Shown here piece after piece: positions 1-12,940 of a stretch of 64,000 nt of DNA; the first letter of the stretch is position 1; every line of letters starts with the position of its first letter. The position numbers were made by a program, and so were the translations under genes. The notes below the pieces were generated by a model. The model was not told the origin of the DNA, ran no database searches, and saw nothing but the letters and a program-made list of their open reading frames with translations. This stretch comes from Lytechinus pictus (taxonomy: Eukaryota), in the NCBI RefSeq assembly GCF_037042905.1, contig NC_087252.1, positions 19,594,001 to 19,658,000 on the forward strand, given 5' to 3'.

Positions 1-518
1 AAAGAAGTTACAAATTGATGCAGAGGTTCGATCCCTGGTCACGTCTTTCGGATGGTGATGTTAAAGGTCGGTCCCAGACGTAAATAGTCACATCTGATTG
101 ATATGCGTCTGAAAAAACTCAATTACACATACACTTGTTGTTCAATTCTCCTCATTTTGACACATTTGGAAAAATGATATGAAGCGAATATTTCAGACAT
201 TCTTTTAAATCAATTACAGCATGGATTTCCGCTAGAGAATTATGTGCATATTTTTACTATAACAGCAAACACGTTTTATTTCACGTTTCTTATTTGGTTC
301 AATATAAATTCCTAATTCATTTATGTGTACCTCAAACATTTAATAAACCAGAACTTCGCGTGATGGATCTTGTCAATATAATGTACATAAAAAATCCCAT
401 GAATAGGGGTCTTTATAATTCGTAATAGATTAAAATGGAAAAATAATCATTTACATACAGAGATAATAAGATAGTTACATGTATATAGATAAGTATAGAC
501 AGACCTATGAATACCTAC

Positions 519-613
519 GTTTTCAAGTTGCTGTCCAATTGGAGGTATGGCGCATGCGTGGATGTCTGGCTCCGCCCATATCCCAGATGTCCAGCAAAAT
601 CGTGTAATGATTT
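519..613 (-). CDS. Gene A exon 8: C-terminal half of HormR domain (EIITRFCWTSGIWAEPDIHAC...); gene continues beyond left edge
   Basis: Acceptor ttgtacAG, phase 1 matching the previous exon. R-x-C-x3-G-x-W-x2-P-D-x3-C pattern of HormR domains. Donor aac|GTaggt (alternative at 515). Confidence 0.75.
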
Positions 614-1351
614 CTGTACAAATAATCAATTGTCTCATTTCAGGTTATATATATATATATTAAAACAAATAACATTATTGAGATGGAGAATACAATGGAA
701 GGAAATGGTCATATGCAACTTACTCCGATTCAATCTGAGATATATAAATATCACAGGTGGTCAGGATGAGATCTAGTTGACGCCATTTTTTTCTTTCTAG
801 ATTCAATATTATTACAAGACCAAGACCTAGCTTTTCATCCTCTTTCCTTCTTCTTTATGTTCATTCTTCCCTTCATATTTTTCACGCTTTTCCTTTTATT
901 ATCCACTTCGTATGAGGGAGGCCCACTTTAGCTACGGTCCTAACCAAGGGAGCGTTTCATCAACATTTTCGTTCGACAAGTTGACACATCTGAAAACTTT
1001 CTTTCATTTTAATTGGCTAAGAAGCAGTTTCCCTTTACTTTGGTAACTATCGGATAAAATATGACTTTTCGGATAAAACGTCTGACAAGTCCGCTCCCCA
1101 GATGAATACACACACTTAAAATGTTGGGCAACATACTGTCAACTGTGTTGGGTAATGTATGTTGTTAAAAAAATATATATATTCTGGGCAGTTATTATCC
1201 AATTGAGCAAATTTACTACCCAATTATTAGTTTGTATTACCCAATCAGGACAGATTTTAACCAATAGTTGTGTGGACAATATGTTGCCCAGTGATGGTTA
1301 AAAATTTGGCCTTTTTTGGCCAAACCTATTTAAGAGCGTACAATAACCTAC

Positions 1352-1444
1352 CGTATGGATTATCAAGACACTGTGTAGTTGCTGTATGGCCCATCAGAGT
1401 TTCTTCCCATCGCTGTCCTGAATATATCTCAGCCATGCATACCA
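1352..1444 (-). CDS. Gene A exon 7: N-terminal half of HormR domain (VVCMAEIYSGQRWEETLMGHTATTQCLDNPY)
   Basis: ttttttAG acceptor, G|GTaggt donor, 93 nt phase 1-1. C-x9-W-x2-T-x2-G-x2-A-x3-C pattern. Confidence 0.75.
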
Positions 1445-2174
1445 CTAAAAAACAAAAATGATTAATGAATCCATCCCTGTAACTTTCATATTTCTAATGT
1501 CACTATATATATATTAACTATTCCTTCACTTATCAGTCATTGTTGATTGTGGATGTTAATGATATTTCTGTCGTTAATATTTGGCTGATATTGCTTTTAT
1601 TGTTGTTTTTACTCTCTTTTTTTCATCATCCTTGCAGTTATCATTATTGACATTATTTTAATCAACAATGTTTTGTGTTAGAAGTGTTGTTGTAATCGAA
1701 TCAGCATTATCGTCGCCATCATCATCATCGAAATTCCTTCTTTTATGATCAGTCCTAAGCAAAAAATCATTGAATGTATTTTACCCCTCTCCTTATCCCA
1801 GTAAAGTCTAAGTTCATTTTGCTTTAACGTATTTTTTTCAAAGTTTAACACAGTCTTACCTCATATATCATGTATTGTTTGTGAAACTCAATACAGAATG
1901 GAAATGTATGAACTTATTTTTATTGCGATGAACCCCCTCCCCCTCCAAAAAATAATAATGATAATAATAAAATCAAAAATAAATATATACATTAAAAAAT
2001 AAACTATTAAATGAAATAAAGTAGAATGAATAATTGAAATAAATAAATAAATCAGAAAATAATTTATTCAATAAAGAAAAGAAAATTAATAAATAAAGAA
2101 AATAAATAAATAATGAAATTTTAAAAAAAATAATGAAATAGATATATAATAAAAGCATAAATATTCTAACTTAC

Positions 2175-4325
2175 CATTCTGTGCAGTGGTGCTGATCAAA
2201 GGATCCTTTGTAGGGACCTCGTGTATGGCAGTTGATGTGCAGGTTGTTGGAAGTGTTTTACCAGGAGTGTAAGAATTGCAGTTGACGTTATTGGTGCTTG
2301 TGCTAGAAGGGGTGGTGGTTAGGGTTGCCATAGTGGTAAGCCTTTGAGGGATAGAAGTGCTCAAATGAACTGTACTTTGAATTGATACTGTATTTGAGTA
2401 AGGCGTCCTCCTGTTGCTTTGGTCCGGTGCTACTGTAAAAGACAACGTCTGTGACTGACTCCCGATGACACCGGAAGTGCTAAAAGCGTGAGGGTTTACT
2501 GTAAGTGTTCTTGCCTCACTTGTAAGGAAGCCACTATGTTGAGGAGAAGAAGGGGCCGATAAACCTCCAGTATCCACCATGGAAGAGCTAATAAGACCAG
2601 ACTGAGAGTTGCTGACAACTGTCTCCATACTCGGGCCTCTTGTCTTGAAGGGTGCATCTGTCAAAGACTGTGCCATAGTGTCTTGCAGACTCTCTTCCAC
2701 TCCGGAATAGTCGGTTGGGAAACGGTTTTCCAATTTCGATTGGGTGTCTGATATATCTATGTTTGATTCAGCTTGGATGTAAGAAGAGGATATCGTGGGT
2801 ATTATGTCACTTGAAGTGTTCAAGGTCAAAGAATGTTCGAAGTGACTCTCTGAAACCTTTTGACTTACGATTGTTGTGCTAGAAAAAGATCGTGATGCGT
2901 CAATACTTGATAAATTCATCAAGGAGAAAGGATCGTGTGCAGTGAGTGATGAATGTCCTACTAATGGGATAACATCAGAAGTGTGGTGAATGCTTGAAGA
3001 TACTGCAAAGAGTGAACTGTGCAACCAAAGTGGATAAGTGTTAGTACGACTTGACTTTAGATCTATAGATTCTGTTACAATGATATTTCTTGCAGTCAAG
3101 GTTGCGGATTTCTCAATTTCCGTCTTAGAACCGTCGCTTGACAAGTGCATTGGTGAGTCTAATGGCGAAGAAGAATGCCTGGTGGTCGTGAACGAGCGTT
3201 GGGGAGTGATGTGCAGTTGCGTCTTTCGAGAATGTGCATGAATTTCTGTGGGTGTTAAATTAGAGATTAGAGGATCAGTAGAAAGTGTACTTGGTAATCC
3301 CAATAACCTACCGTTTGTGGACGTTGATGGAGGCGTAGTAAAATGGAGGCTCGGGGTAGGTGTCCATGATGAGGTCACCGGAAGCGAATACGACGGGGAT
3401 ATGTACAACGGTGTCGGTTGTGCTGTCGACCAATCAAGGGTTGTCGAAGTTGCGGAGAAAGCTGATGACGACAGGGACAATTTAGGGTATGATGAGGAGG
3501 AGGAGGAGGGTGCCAGAGATGAAGTTATAGAGGGCATAGAAGTTGTCGAATCAGGGACAGCTGATGTTGTGCCTTGAGATGCTTTCGGAATTGAAGCCGT
3601 TGTTGACCGCTCCAAGGAGACGGCTGTTGATGTTGTCATCGTGTCCTTAGTGGATATGACTGTCGACGTGTTGTTTTCTGGTGGAAAAGCAGTAAGGACA
3701 TGGCTATGTACTGAACGATTCTCATGTGTTGCAGGTACTGTTGAGATGGATGGGTATTTAGAAGTGGCAACGGAAACTCCTAATGTGCGTGCAGGAGAAA
3801 TAAAGGTCGACGGGTATTCCAGACTCTGAAGGCTATCTCCAGAAGCTACTCTAGAATGTGTCATTTTCGAGCCAGTCGGTATTGTGATCCAGGAAGTGGT
3901 TTTCAAGTTTGGCCCACCAAAGCTTGATGCACCGGAAGTGAGTTCAGGGATGGTGAACCAAGTTGTAACGGAGGGTGCTCCCGAAGAGGAAAGGAGGGAG
4001 GTGACAGAGAGATAAAAATCCTGGGCAGATTGGGTTGTGCTTACAAAACTTGACAGAGGCCTAGCTGTCTTACCGCCGGATTCAAATTCACTCAATGCCT
4101 TCGTACTCTGCAGAACGGTTGATCCAACTGGTGTATTCAACGAACTCCAAATTCGTCCGGACGTTGCAATTGGTGGCAGCGGTGGGCTCGTTTTTACCAT
4201 TGTCTGGATGACGTCAGACGTGGTACCGGGTGGTCGTTGGGTGGATGGACTAGATAGGAAGCTGGATAGGTCACTCGTTAGGAACACAATAAGTGACGAT
4301 AAATCAGTTATCGTTGATAGCTCAT
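2175..4325 (-). CDS. Gene A exon 6: about 717-codon Ser/Thr/Pro-rich mucin-like stalk
   Basis: In frame with ORF 2086..4287. Acceptor ccacAG at 4326-4327, donor G|GTaagt at 2173-2174, phase 1-1. Confidence 0.8.
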
Positions 4326-4867
4326 CTGTGGATGTAATAACAACAAAACATTACTTTAGTCCTAAAATATGTCAAGGTGATTTGGGGGAATTATATCCTA
4401 TGCTTTTATAAAGAGTAATTTAAGAAAGTAACAAACTTCATGATAACGTAATTAACGAAAAACGATAACGAAAAACTGTTCTTTAATTAATTTAGATTCA
4501 TTTTGTGCTCAGGCCTCTTTATTATTTGGGTACACCCCCCATTTCTTCCCCATCGATAATTATGCAAATCTCCAACGTATATTTCATTATGATAGAACAC
4601 TAGAGAAATTGATATCATCTTACCTGCCATGCGGTATACGGAATGAACAACATAATCAAATAAAAATATTCTAAAGGATTTTCAAAAGGAATAATTATGT
4701 GTAATGTTTTCAACATAAAAAAGTTGCTTATTACCCACAACTTCTAAACAGTTTCTTTGTTCCATATTTCTCTTGAACTTAGAAATATGGGATGATACTG
4801 ATATTGGATAAGTGCACAGGCTCAGACTTTTCCCTTTTAATTGTTGAGAAAGGAATCATTATCCTAC

Positions 4868-5923
4868 CTGTTCGGTGGTTTGATAGCCCCACACCTGAAA
4901 CAGGTGTAAAGACAGACGTGATGTGCTTTGATCGTGTGGTTTGGAAACTGACAGAAAGTGTTATGTGCCTTGATAGAGTGTTTGGTGTTGGTGCCACAGT
5001 GTTTTGACCTTTGGGTGTTTCCTGGCTACTCGGTGTCAATAATGTACTTTCAGAATTGCTAGATCGCGTTGAATGAATTGTGATTGCAGTGCTTTCGCTA
5101 GTGTCATATGTCACCGGATGTGACGTAACACCAGTTCCTTCGCCAGACCCTGATGAATCCGTGGTGCCCTCATAGCTTGGTGTTGGAAAGGTGTTTCCAT
5201 CAACCCGCGATGCTGGTACACTTGAACCATAAGTGTTTACGATTGATGTGCTTATAATTTGTTTTGGTGGCACTAATGTGCTTCCTGGTATGATGGTGCT
5301 ATAGAATGGTACCTCAGGTTCGTTGTTAGTATGTCGATATGTTACCAAGGTGCTTCTACTATTACGTGGTTCATGTAATGTGGTGCTGGTGCTATATCTT
5401 GGTACCACCCCAAAACTGAAGTCAATATAGCTTGGTATAACTGAGGTGGTTCTCATATCTCGTGGTTCGCCTGTGCTGGTGCTATATATTGGTACCACAC
5501 CAAGTTTGCTATTAGTATACATTGGTCGTACTGATGTGCTTCCACTATATTGAGGTTCCTCTTTGTTGCTGGTACCATATTGTGGAACCATCTTAATTGT
5601 GCTGTCCGTATACCGTGATGGTACTGCGGTGGTTCCATCATAATGCAGCTTGTCTGGGTATATGGTACTAAATCCTACTACTGGAGACGTATTCCTACTA
5701 TAGGTTGGTGCGACTTTAGTACTCTCAAGGTTACTCTCAAGGTTCCAGTTGTTTTCACTATACCCAGGTAGTACGGATGTGCTTTTAGTGACATATGGGG
5801 TCAATAAGGTTCTTTCAAGTAATGTTGGTGTGGCAAGGGTGCTGAACCTGTTTCCAGGTGTCAGAAAAGTGTGATGGTTCGATTCCTCAGTGCTTGGTGC
5901 AATTGTGGTGCTGACTGAAGGTT
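4868..5923 (-). CDS. Gene A exon 5: Ser/Thr-rich mucin-like stalk with imperfect internal repeats
   Basis: ORF 4779..5936. Acceptor ttacAG (5924-5925), donor CAG|GTagga (4866-4867), phase 1-1. Confidence 0.75.
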
Positions 5924-6593
5924 CTGTAATACGCAATAAAGCAATGTCATCAATGTGCTTAGATACACCAATGGCGGCACCACATGGGAGAAAGGGGCGG
6001 CGCTACAATGCTTTTTTTTTAGTAGTATTAATAAAGGGGAGAAGGGGGACAGGGAGAAAAGGGACGAAAGATGGAAGAAGTAAAAACAAGGAGATATATG
6101 TGCCGTTTAATTGTTGTATTAATTAAATTTTTATATATATTTTTTTTAATATGACAATATCTATGAAAAATTATACTTATGTTGAAGGAATATTCTATTC
6201 TATCTGTACTATAAATACTGTGACAAATTAAGCAATATACAGGTAATTGTATTAAACATCCCGTCAAGTAGCTTTTAAATACTATGTAAATATAGTGAGT
6301 GTTTAATAGAATGTCATTATTCAAGTGTATGGACTGAACTCTATTTAAAATCCCGGCGTCGGCGTTATACGTTATTTAGGGTTGACAAGAGTCCCTGACA
6401 AGAGTGTGAATGTATAGAACTTAGAAAGAATGAAAAGATTTATTAGCCGGTATTGTCATCAGAAGCATGTTGAATGATGTTTTGGTCGTACAAAACGACT
6501 GCCTCATGTTGTGTACAGTCGAAGTCAAAAGAAAATAATTGATGAGCTGTAGAATCATGCACGGAGATCTCCACTTTTCTCTTATTTTCTTAC

Positions 6594-6701
6594 CTCGTTC
6601 CTTTTCGCATATGAAGCCTTGTCTGGCTCCACACCATACATCCCTCCACACACCATGGGCCTTATAATCTCCTGCTAGTAAATCGACACAATGTTCCATC
6701 C
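6594..6701 (-). CDS. Gene A exon 4: C-type lectin C-terminus (GMEHCVDLLAGDYKAHGVWRDVWCGARQGFICEKER)
   Basis: C...W-x-D-x2-C...FICE CTLD motif. ccAG acceptor, G|GTaaga donor, 108 nt. Confidence 0.9.
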
Positions 6702-6724
6702 CTGGATAATTATGAAATATGCAA

Positions 6725-8870
6725 TGACATCATAAAAATCGTAATCATAATCATGATTATGATTGTAATCATAAATATGATCATTATAATCTTGATCATA
6801 ATCATAATCGTAAACATGATTAAGATCATGATCTTGATCATAATCATAATCATTATCACAATTATAATCGCAATTTTGGGTCTTAATCGTAATCATGATC
6901 ATAAATCTCTTGCAAGTACATCGACATAATGCTCTATTCCTGGAAAAATGAAAGCAGATATAGATTATGTAAGGATATGATCATATTCATAACTGCAATC
7001 GGAATCATGATTATTATCATTACAATCTTGATGATAATCGTAATCATAACCATAATTATGGTCATGATCTTGATAATAATCATAACGATAATCAATATCT
7101 TGATCTCGATCATATTCATAACGATAATCAATATCTTGATCTTGATCATAATCATAATGATAATCACTATCTTGATCTCGATCATAATCATAGCGATAAT
7201 CACTATCTTGATCTCGATCATAATCATAGCGATAATCACTATCTTGATCTTGATCATAATCATAGCGATAATCACTATCTTGATCTTGATCATAATCATA
7301 GCGATAATCACTACCTCGATCTCGATCATAATCATAACTACCATTATGATCGCAAGTAGGATATTAATCATAACAATAATATTCAAAGTCATATGCATGA
7401 TCATAATCACTTGCTAGTAAATCGACACAATTCTCCATTCCTAGAAAATGAATGCAGATTTGAATTATGCAAGGATATAATCATATTCATTATTGCAATC
7501 ATGATTATAACTTTAAAATCGTATTCTTAATCATGATTATAATCTTGATCATAATCATAGCGATAATCACTATCTTGATCTCGATCATAATCATAACTAC
7601 AATTATGATCGCAAGTAGGATATTAATCATAACAATAATATTCAAAGTCATATGCATGATCATAATCACTTGCTAGTAAATCGACACAATTCTCCATTCC
7701 TAGAAAATGAATGCAGATTTGAATTATGCAAGGATATAATCATATTCATTATTGCAATCATGATTATAACTTTAAAATCGTATTCTTAATCATGATTATA
7801 ATCTTGATCATAATCATAGCGATGATCACTATCTTGATCTCGATCATAATCATAACTACAATTATGATCGCAAGTAGGATATTAATCATAACAATAATAT
7901 TCAAAGTCATTTGCATGATCATAATCACTTGCTAGTAAATCGATACAATTCTCCATTCCTAGAAAATGAATGCAGATTTGAATTATGCAAGGATATAATC
8001 ATATTCATTATTGCAATCATGATTATAACTTTAAAATCGTATTCGTAATCATGATTATAATCTTGATCATAATCATAGCGATAATCACTATCTTGATCTC
8101 GATCATAATCATAACTACAATTATGATCACAAGTAGGATATTAATCATAACAATAATATTCAAAGTCATATGCATGATCATAATCACTTGCTAGTAAATC
8201 GACACAATTCTCCATTCCTAGAAAATGAATGCAGATTTGAATTATGCAAGGATATAAACATATTCATTATTGCAATCATGATTATAACTTTAAAATCGTA
8301 TTCTTAATTATGATTATAATCTTGATCATAATCATAATCTTATTCATCATAATCAGGATCTTGATTTCGATCATAATCATAGTCAGTATCTTTATCATAA
8401 TCATAATCACAATAATAATCGCAATCATGACCATAATTATAACGATTATAGAATCATTCTAATAATCATGATCATGATCACCTGCTTTTAAATTGACAAA
8501 TGTTCTTTTGCCAGTAAATTCAATGCAGACAAAAAATTTTAAAAAATAATATAATCACAATCATAATCAGAATTTTCACTCAATTATTATCGTAAACATG
8601 ATGATAATCATAATATAATTATAACTAAAATGATTAGACTAACCTTGATTATAATGAAAATCACGATCACAATTATAACCATTATCTTTATTATCTTTTT
8701 AATCATAATTATGATTATAATCGCATGTTAGTAAAGTAAAATGACACAATGCCCTACACCTGAAAATTGAATATACATAAATCAGACAAGGGTAATATAA
8801 TAATCATAATCAAAATTATGTTCATGATCAGAGTCATATAATCATCTTTATCATAATCATAATCATGAAA
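6725..8870. repeat. (ATC/ATAATC)-rich satellite with a 259-bp higher-order unit
   Basis: Near-identical blocks at 7467, 7726, 7985 and 8244 (period 259), plus 36-bp subrepeats at ~7150-7330. Confidence 0.92.
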
Positions 8871-9029
8871 CAACTGATCGTTTGTTTATATACTTCATGT
8901 ATGTAATTCCTGTATGAATGGTATGATAATATCTGTTTCTACACGTATATGTCGCAGAAACTTCTATCAAATTTGAGGAACACGTTTATATCATTGGGAT
9001 TGATCAACGTCGTGAAAGAATAAACTCAC

Positions 9030-9190
9030 CGAAATAATTGTTTGGTTGCCCATACTCCCAGTACGATACATTGTCGAGTAACTCCACCCCCGTTACCCAG
9101 TAGTATCGCCCATCGGATTCATAGTTACCTGTGAGACCGATCCAAAGGTACGCCAGCGGAAAGGGGGGACTTATTATACCATTGATGAAC
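9030..9190 (-). CDS. Gene A exon 3: C-type lectin middle (FINGIISPPFPLAYLWIGLTGNYESDGRYYWVTGVELLDNVSYWEYGQPNNYF)
   Basis: WIGL motif and W-x2-G-QPN. Phase 2-1 fits both neighbours; donor G|GTgagt. Confidence 0.9.
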
Positions 9191-11504
9191 CTTTATGATA
9201 TAAAGATACAAAAACAGTAACATAAAGCAACTATGAATTTATCGGTATTCTGTGCCAACTGAAATGTTTCTAGTCAATTTCAGGTTTGCTTAGTGTCTGA
9301 CATGGCTGTTATGAAATAAACACTTGTCCAAGGACGAAATAGAGTCTGCTATAGAATTCGTCACAACTTTTTGGAAGCGCCTTTAGATTCTGGTGAATAT
9401 TATTTGTTCATTTTGAAATTTGATTTTGATTTGTTTTTTTGTTTCTACATAACGATATCATATAACATAAATATAACAAATATATTTGACAATAAATCAG
9501 ACATGTATATCATTGAACATAAAAATCAGATGGATTGCCATTGTAAGCAGAAATGCTTGAAATATGACGAACCGAAACATATATTTATCATATTATGAGC
9601 AAAATGGATATCTAAGAATTATTTAAGTATCAATTCAATAAAAAGGAAAAAAATCAAACAAACAAACACTTGCTATAATATATAAGCATGAAGAAAAACG
9701 ATGATGGTGATGATGACGAAGATGATGATCACAGCTAGCTAACATCTTATCATAGATATGATGTTAGTTAGCTATTGCGAGGTAGGGCAGAAGTATAGAT
9801 TTCCCCTTTGCCAGACCTACTAATAGGTAACATAATTCAAATCACATCCTAACTGTTGAAATCTTCCATGCTATAATGATCGTCTTATTAATATCTGATA
9901 AACCTCATACTAAAAACAAAAACATGTATATAGTTATCGGATAACTAGTCAGGTCGATTTTTTTAAAGATAGATATCACGTAGAATAAATCCCATACGCA
10001 CTGAGACACAGCAAACAAATAATTACTCTTGATTTTTTTTAGGTATCTGGAGTAAAATTATTTCCTCGTGTAAAGGAAATAGGCAATAATGCACTTGAAT
10101 TCACTTTCGTTTCCGGTGTTTTGTTTTCTGAAATTCGATACCCTTTTCCTACACAGATTCTTATGCAAATCGTTTTCAATATAGAGAGCACATTCGATTT
10201 GAATTTCATACGCGAAAGTTTAAATATGTAATATGACTGAAGGAACTTATTTGCCTTTTGCTCTATAAATCTGAGCTGCAAGGTTCCATTTTTTTCTCTG
10301 CCTGTGATATGTTATAAAAAATGATGCCCTGAAAAAAGGTCCCCGAAAATCATTAATTATTCCTTTAAAAAAGGTGACACAAAGAGGCCGGGAATATAAT
10401 CCGGAGGCTGCACTCTACAAGCCCCGCTTTTAGCCGCCACCTCCATTCCCGACCTGTTTATTTATTTATTTATCTATTTATCTATTTATTTATTTATTTA
10501 TTTATTCATCTATTCATTCATTTGTTTGTTTGTTTATTTATTTATTTATTCATTTATAGGTTTTATTTATTTTATACTACAGGGTAGGTCTGTTCAGTTA
10601 TGCAAAACTGCTTTCCAAAGGCGCCCTGCAGTTTAACAAATAATTCAACATCATAGCAAATCAATGTGTGTATGTTTGTGTGATAGTCTTGAGTATAATT
10701 TTTTTTCGTGACTTTAATTTCTGAATAGCTCTTCTATGTTTAATACTGTTTATATCATTATTTGTATCATTTTATTGCTTATATCTTGCTTATGGCATGA
10801 TGTACAAGTCTAATTGTAAAGGTTTGAATTGGAAATAAACGAAATGAAAATGAAATGAAATATCGTCCCTATTTCATCCATGTACTAATATTAATTTCGC
10901 CATTAGATTTTTTTTAGTTACGGATATGTAGGTAGTGCCTGCGCGATTATTTTTCCTTTCATGGTGTTTTTATCCGAAGGATATTAATACTAAGGCCTTT
11001 CATGTTGATCAATGTTTTTTTATCGTGTTGTCCGTTGTTGTTAAAATAATAATAATAATGATGATGATGATGATAATAATAATAATGATAATGATAATAA
11101 AGAATGAAAATAATAACAATATTAATGTAATTATTGTTCTCTTATCTCATATCCTGTTATCACCCATCCTCATTTGTCTATTAAGGGGGTGGTATGATAG
11201 AAATGGTTATCAATATATTTAAAAGACATTAATATATCGTTTTACATGAGCAAAAATATGATTAATTTCATTATAATAGATGTTTTAAATTGTGTAACAG
11301 TATGAAACTTACTCATTTATTAAAGGAAACATTCATCAACAAGCCATATACTTTTCAGAATGTTCTCATATCCTTTCATTATGTTGTACTGCTTTTCGAT
11401 TTACTCTAATTTGATTGTTGAAAAATTTAAATGATATAAATCATTTATCAATCAATCAATTGATGTCTTAAATATACCGTTTCATACATTGGGTTACCAC
11501 TTAC

Positions 11505-11679
11505 ATCAGTTCCCCCTCCGTTTCCATGACAAGCAAATCGGCTCCAGCAACATCCAGCCCACATTGGTTTCGTGCCTCACTCCAGTTGACAGATGTGTTT
11601 AAGTCGAAGAAATAGCAATGGGAATTAAACTCGAGCCAGTTCGATGGACATTCTTCCAGCCATTGTGGGCGAGTTACAT
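11505..11679 (-). CDS. Gene A exon 2: C-type lectin N-terminus (CPSNWLEFNSHCYFF...NWSEARNQC...ADLLVMETEGEL)
   Basis: Canonical long-form CTLD start CPxxW...CY...W..A...C. ccAG acceptor, GTaagt donor, phase 1-2. Confidence 0.9.
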
Positions 11680-12089
11680 CTGGACGATAAGGGATGGTTT
11701 AATGTCATTGCAGATTTAAGATTACCTCTTTAGAACATTAGATTATTCAAGAGAATAACCGTTAAGTGCTCACCCGAAATGCTAAGCAAAACTTATCTCG
11801 AATAGTAATCATAAATGCATTTCAAATACAAAGGATTGATTAACATGTATATTTATATACGTGCCCTTTTTATGGAAAGGGGTAATATTTTCTACTTATT
11901 GCAAAGTAAAAGTGTCATTGTAGGCGATGCAAAATGAAATATGCTCAAGTGTGTGATACCTCTGTAGAAGTAAGATGTATCTTATTTGTGATTTATTTGA
12001 TGGGGTAAATTATTGATAAGATATTCTTGTTATATGTGAGATTTGCTTTGTTTCTTAATTGGTTGAAAAAACACACAATGAGCATATTC

Positions 12090-12092
12090 ATA

Positions 12093-12160
<68 letters not shown>
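12090..12160. repeat. (TA)n microsatellite
   Basis: Direct reading. Confidence 0.95.
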
Positions 12161-12164
<4 letters not shown>

Positions 12165-12273
12165 TAAAAATAATATGTCCATTTATATAGCGCAGTTACT
12201 ATGTGCATATACTCAACTGCACTTTGGTATATATATTTGGTATCATATTATTAACCTGATAGATATGAAAGAT

Positions 12274-12307
<34 letters not shown>

Positions 12308-12873
12308 GAATGTAATCATTGTGTGTTTTTTCAACCAATTATCATCTAATATTCTCGTTTTCTGTAAGGGAACATAGGGGAAAAACAATCTCCCCCCCCC
12401 CGAATCTCATCTTATCTAATTTTAACTTAACTTATCTTATCTTATTTTACTCCGGTGTCTTATAACATCCTAACTTTTTGGCAGGCTCACTCATAATATG
12501 CGCAAATAATCATCCTACTCATCTCCTCTAATATATGTAACTGCTTCTTCTAAATCTTGCTCGACTGTTAAATCTTCCAATCTCAAACCCTTGAACAAAC
12601 ATTCCCTTTTCAATTCATTTTGATACATATGTAATTGATTTCGTCAGGAACAACACTTTTATATTATCAAAGCAAAAGTAAATCAAGATATCAAGTCGGT
12701 GCAGTTTATAAAAACTGCACATCCCTGGAAGCATCAACCAAACAAAATTAAAATTTCATCCGCACATGCATAAGATATCCACATACCTTAACCCACACCC
12801 ACAAATAAATACTCTAACAAAGTATCAATATATGAGAAGAAAAAAATAGAATAATAAGGTCAATGAAACAAAC

Positions 12874-12940
12874 CTGTAAGTATGTGGAGAAAAAGCACAG
12901 TCGAAATAAAGCTCCTCGTTCTATAAGAAATTATCTCCAT
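12874..12940 (-). CDS. Gene A probable first coding exon, signal peptide (MEIISYRTRSFISTVLFLHILT)
   Basis: ATG, basic then hydrophobic stretch, CAG|GTttgt donor in phase 1 matching exon 2. Confidence 0.55.

Noticed and set aside
3038..4411. Plus-strand ORFs over the mucin exon
   Set aside because: Antisense shadows of S/T codon bias.
6929..8462. Ile-rich ORFs on both strands
   Set aside because: They are translations of the ATC/ATA satellite.
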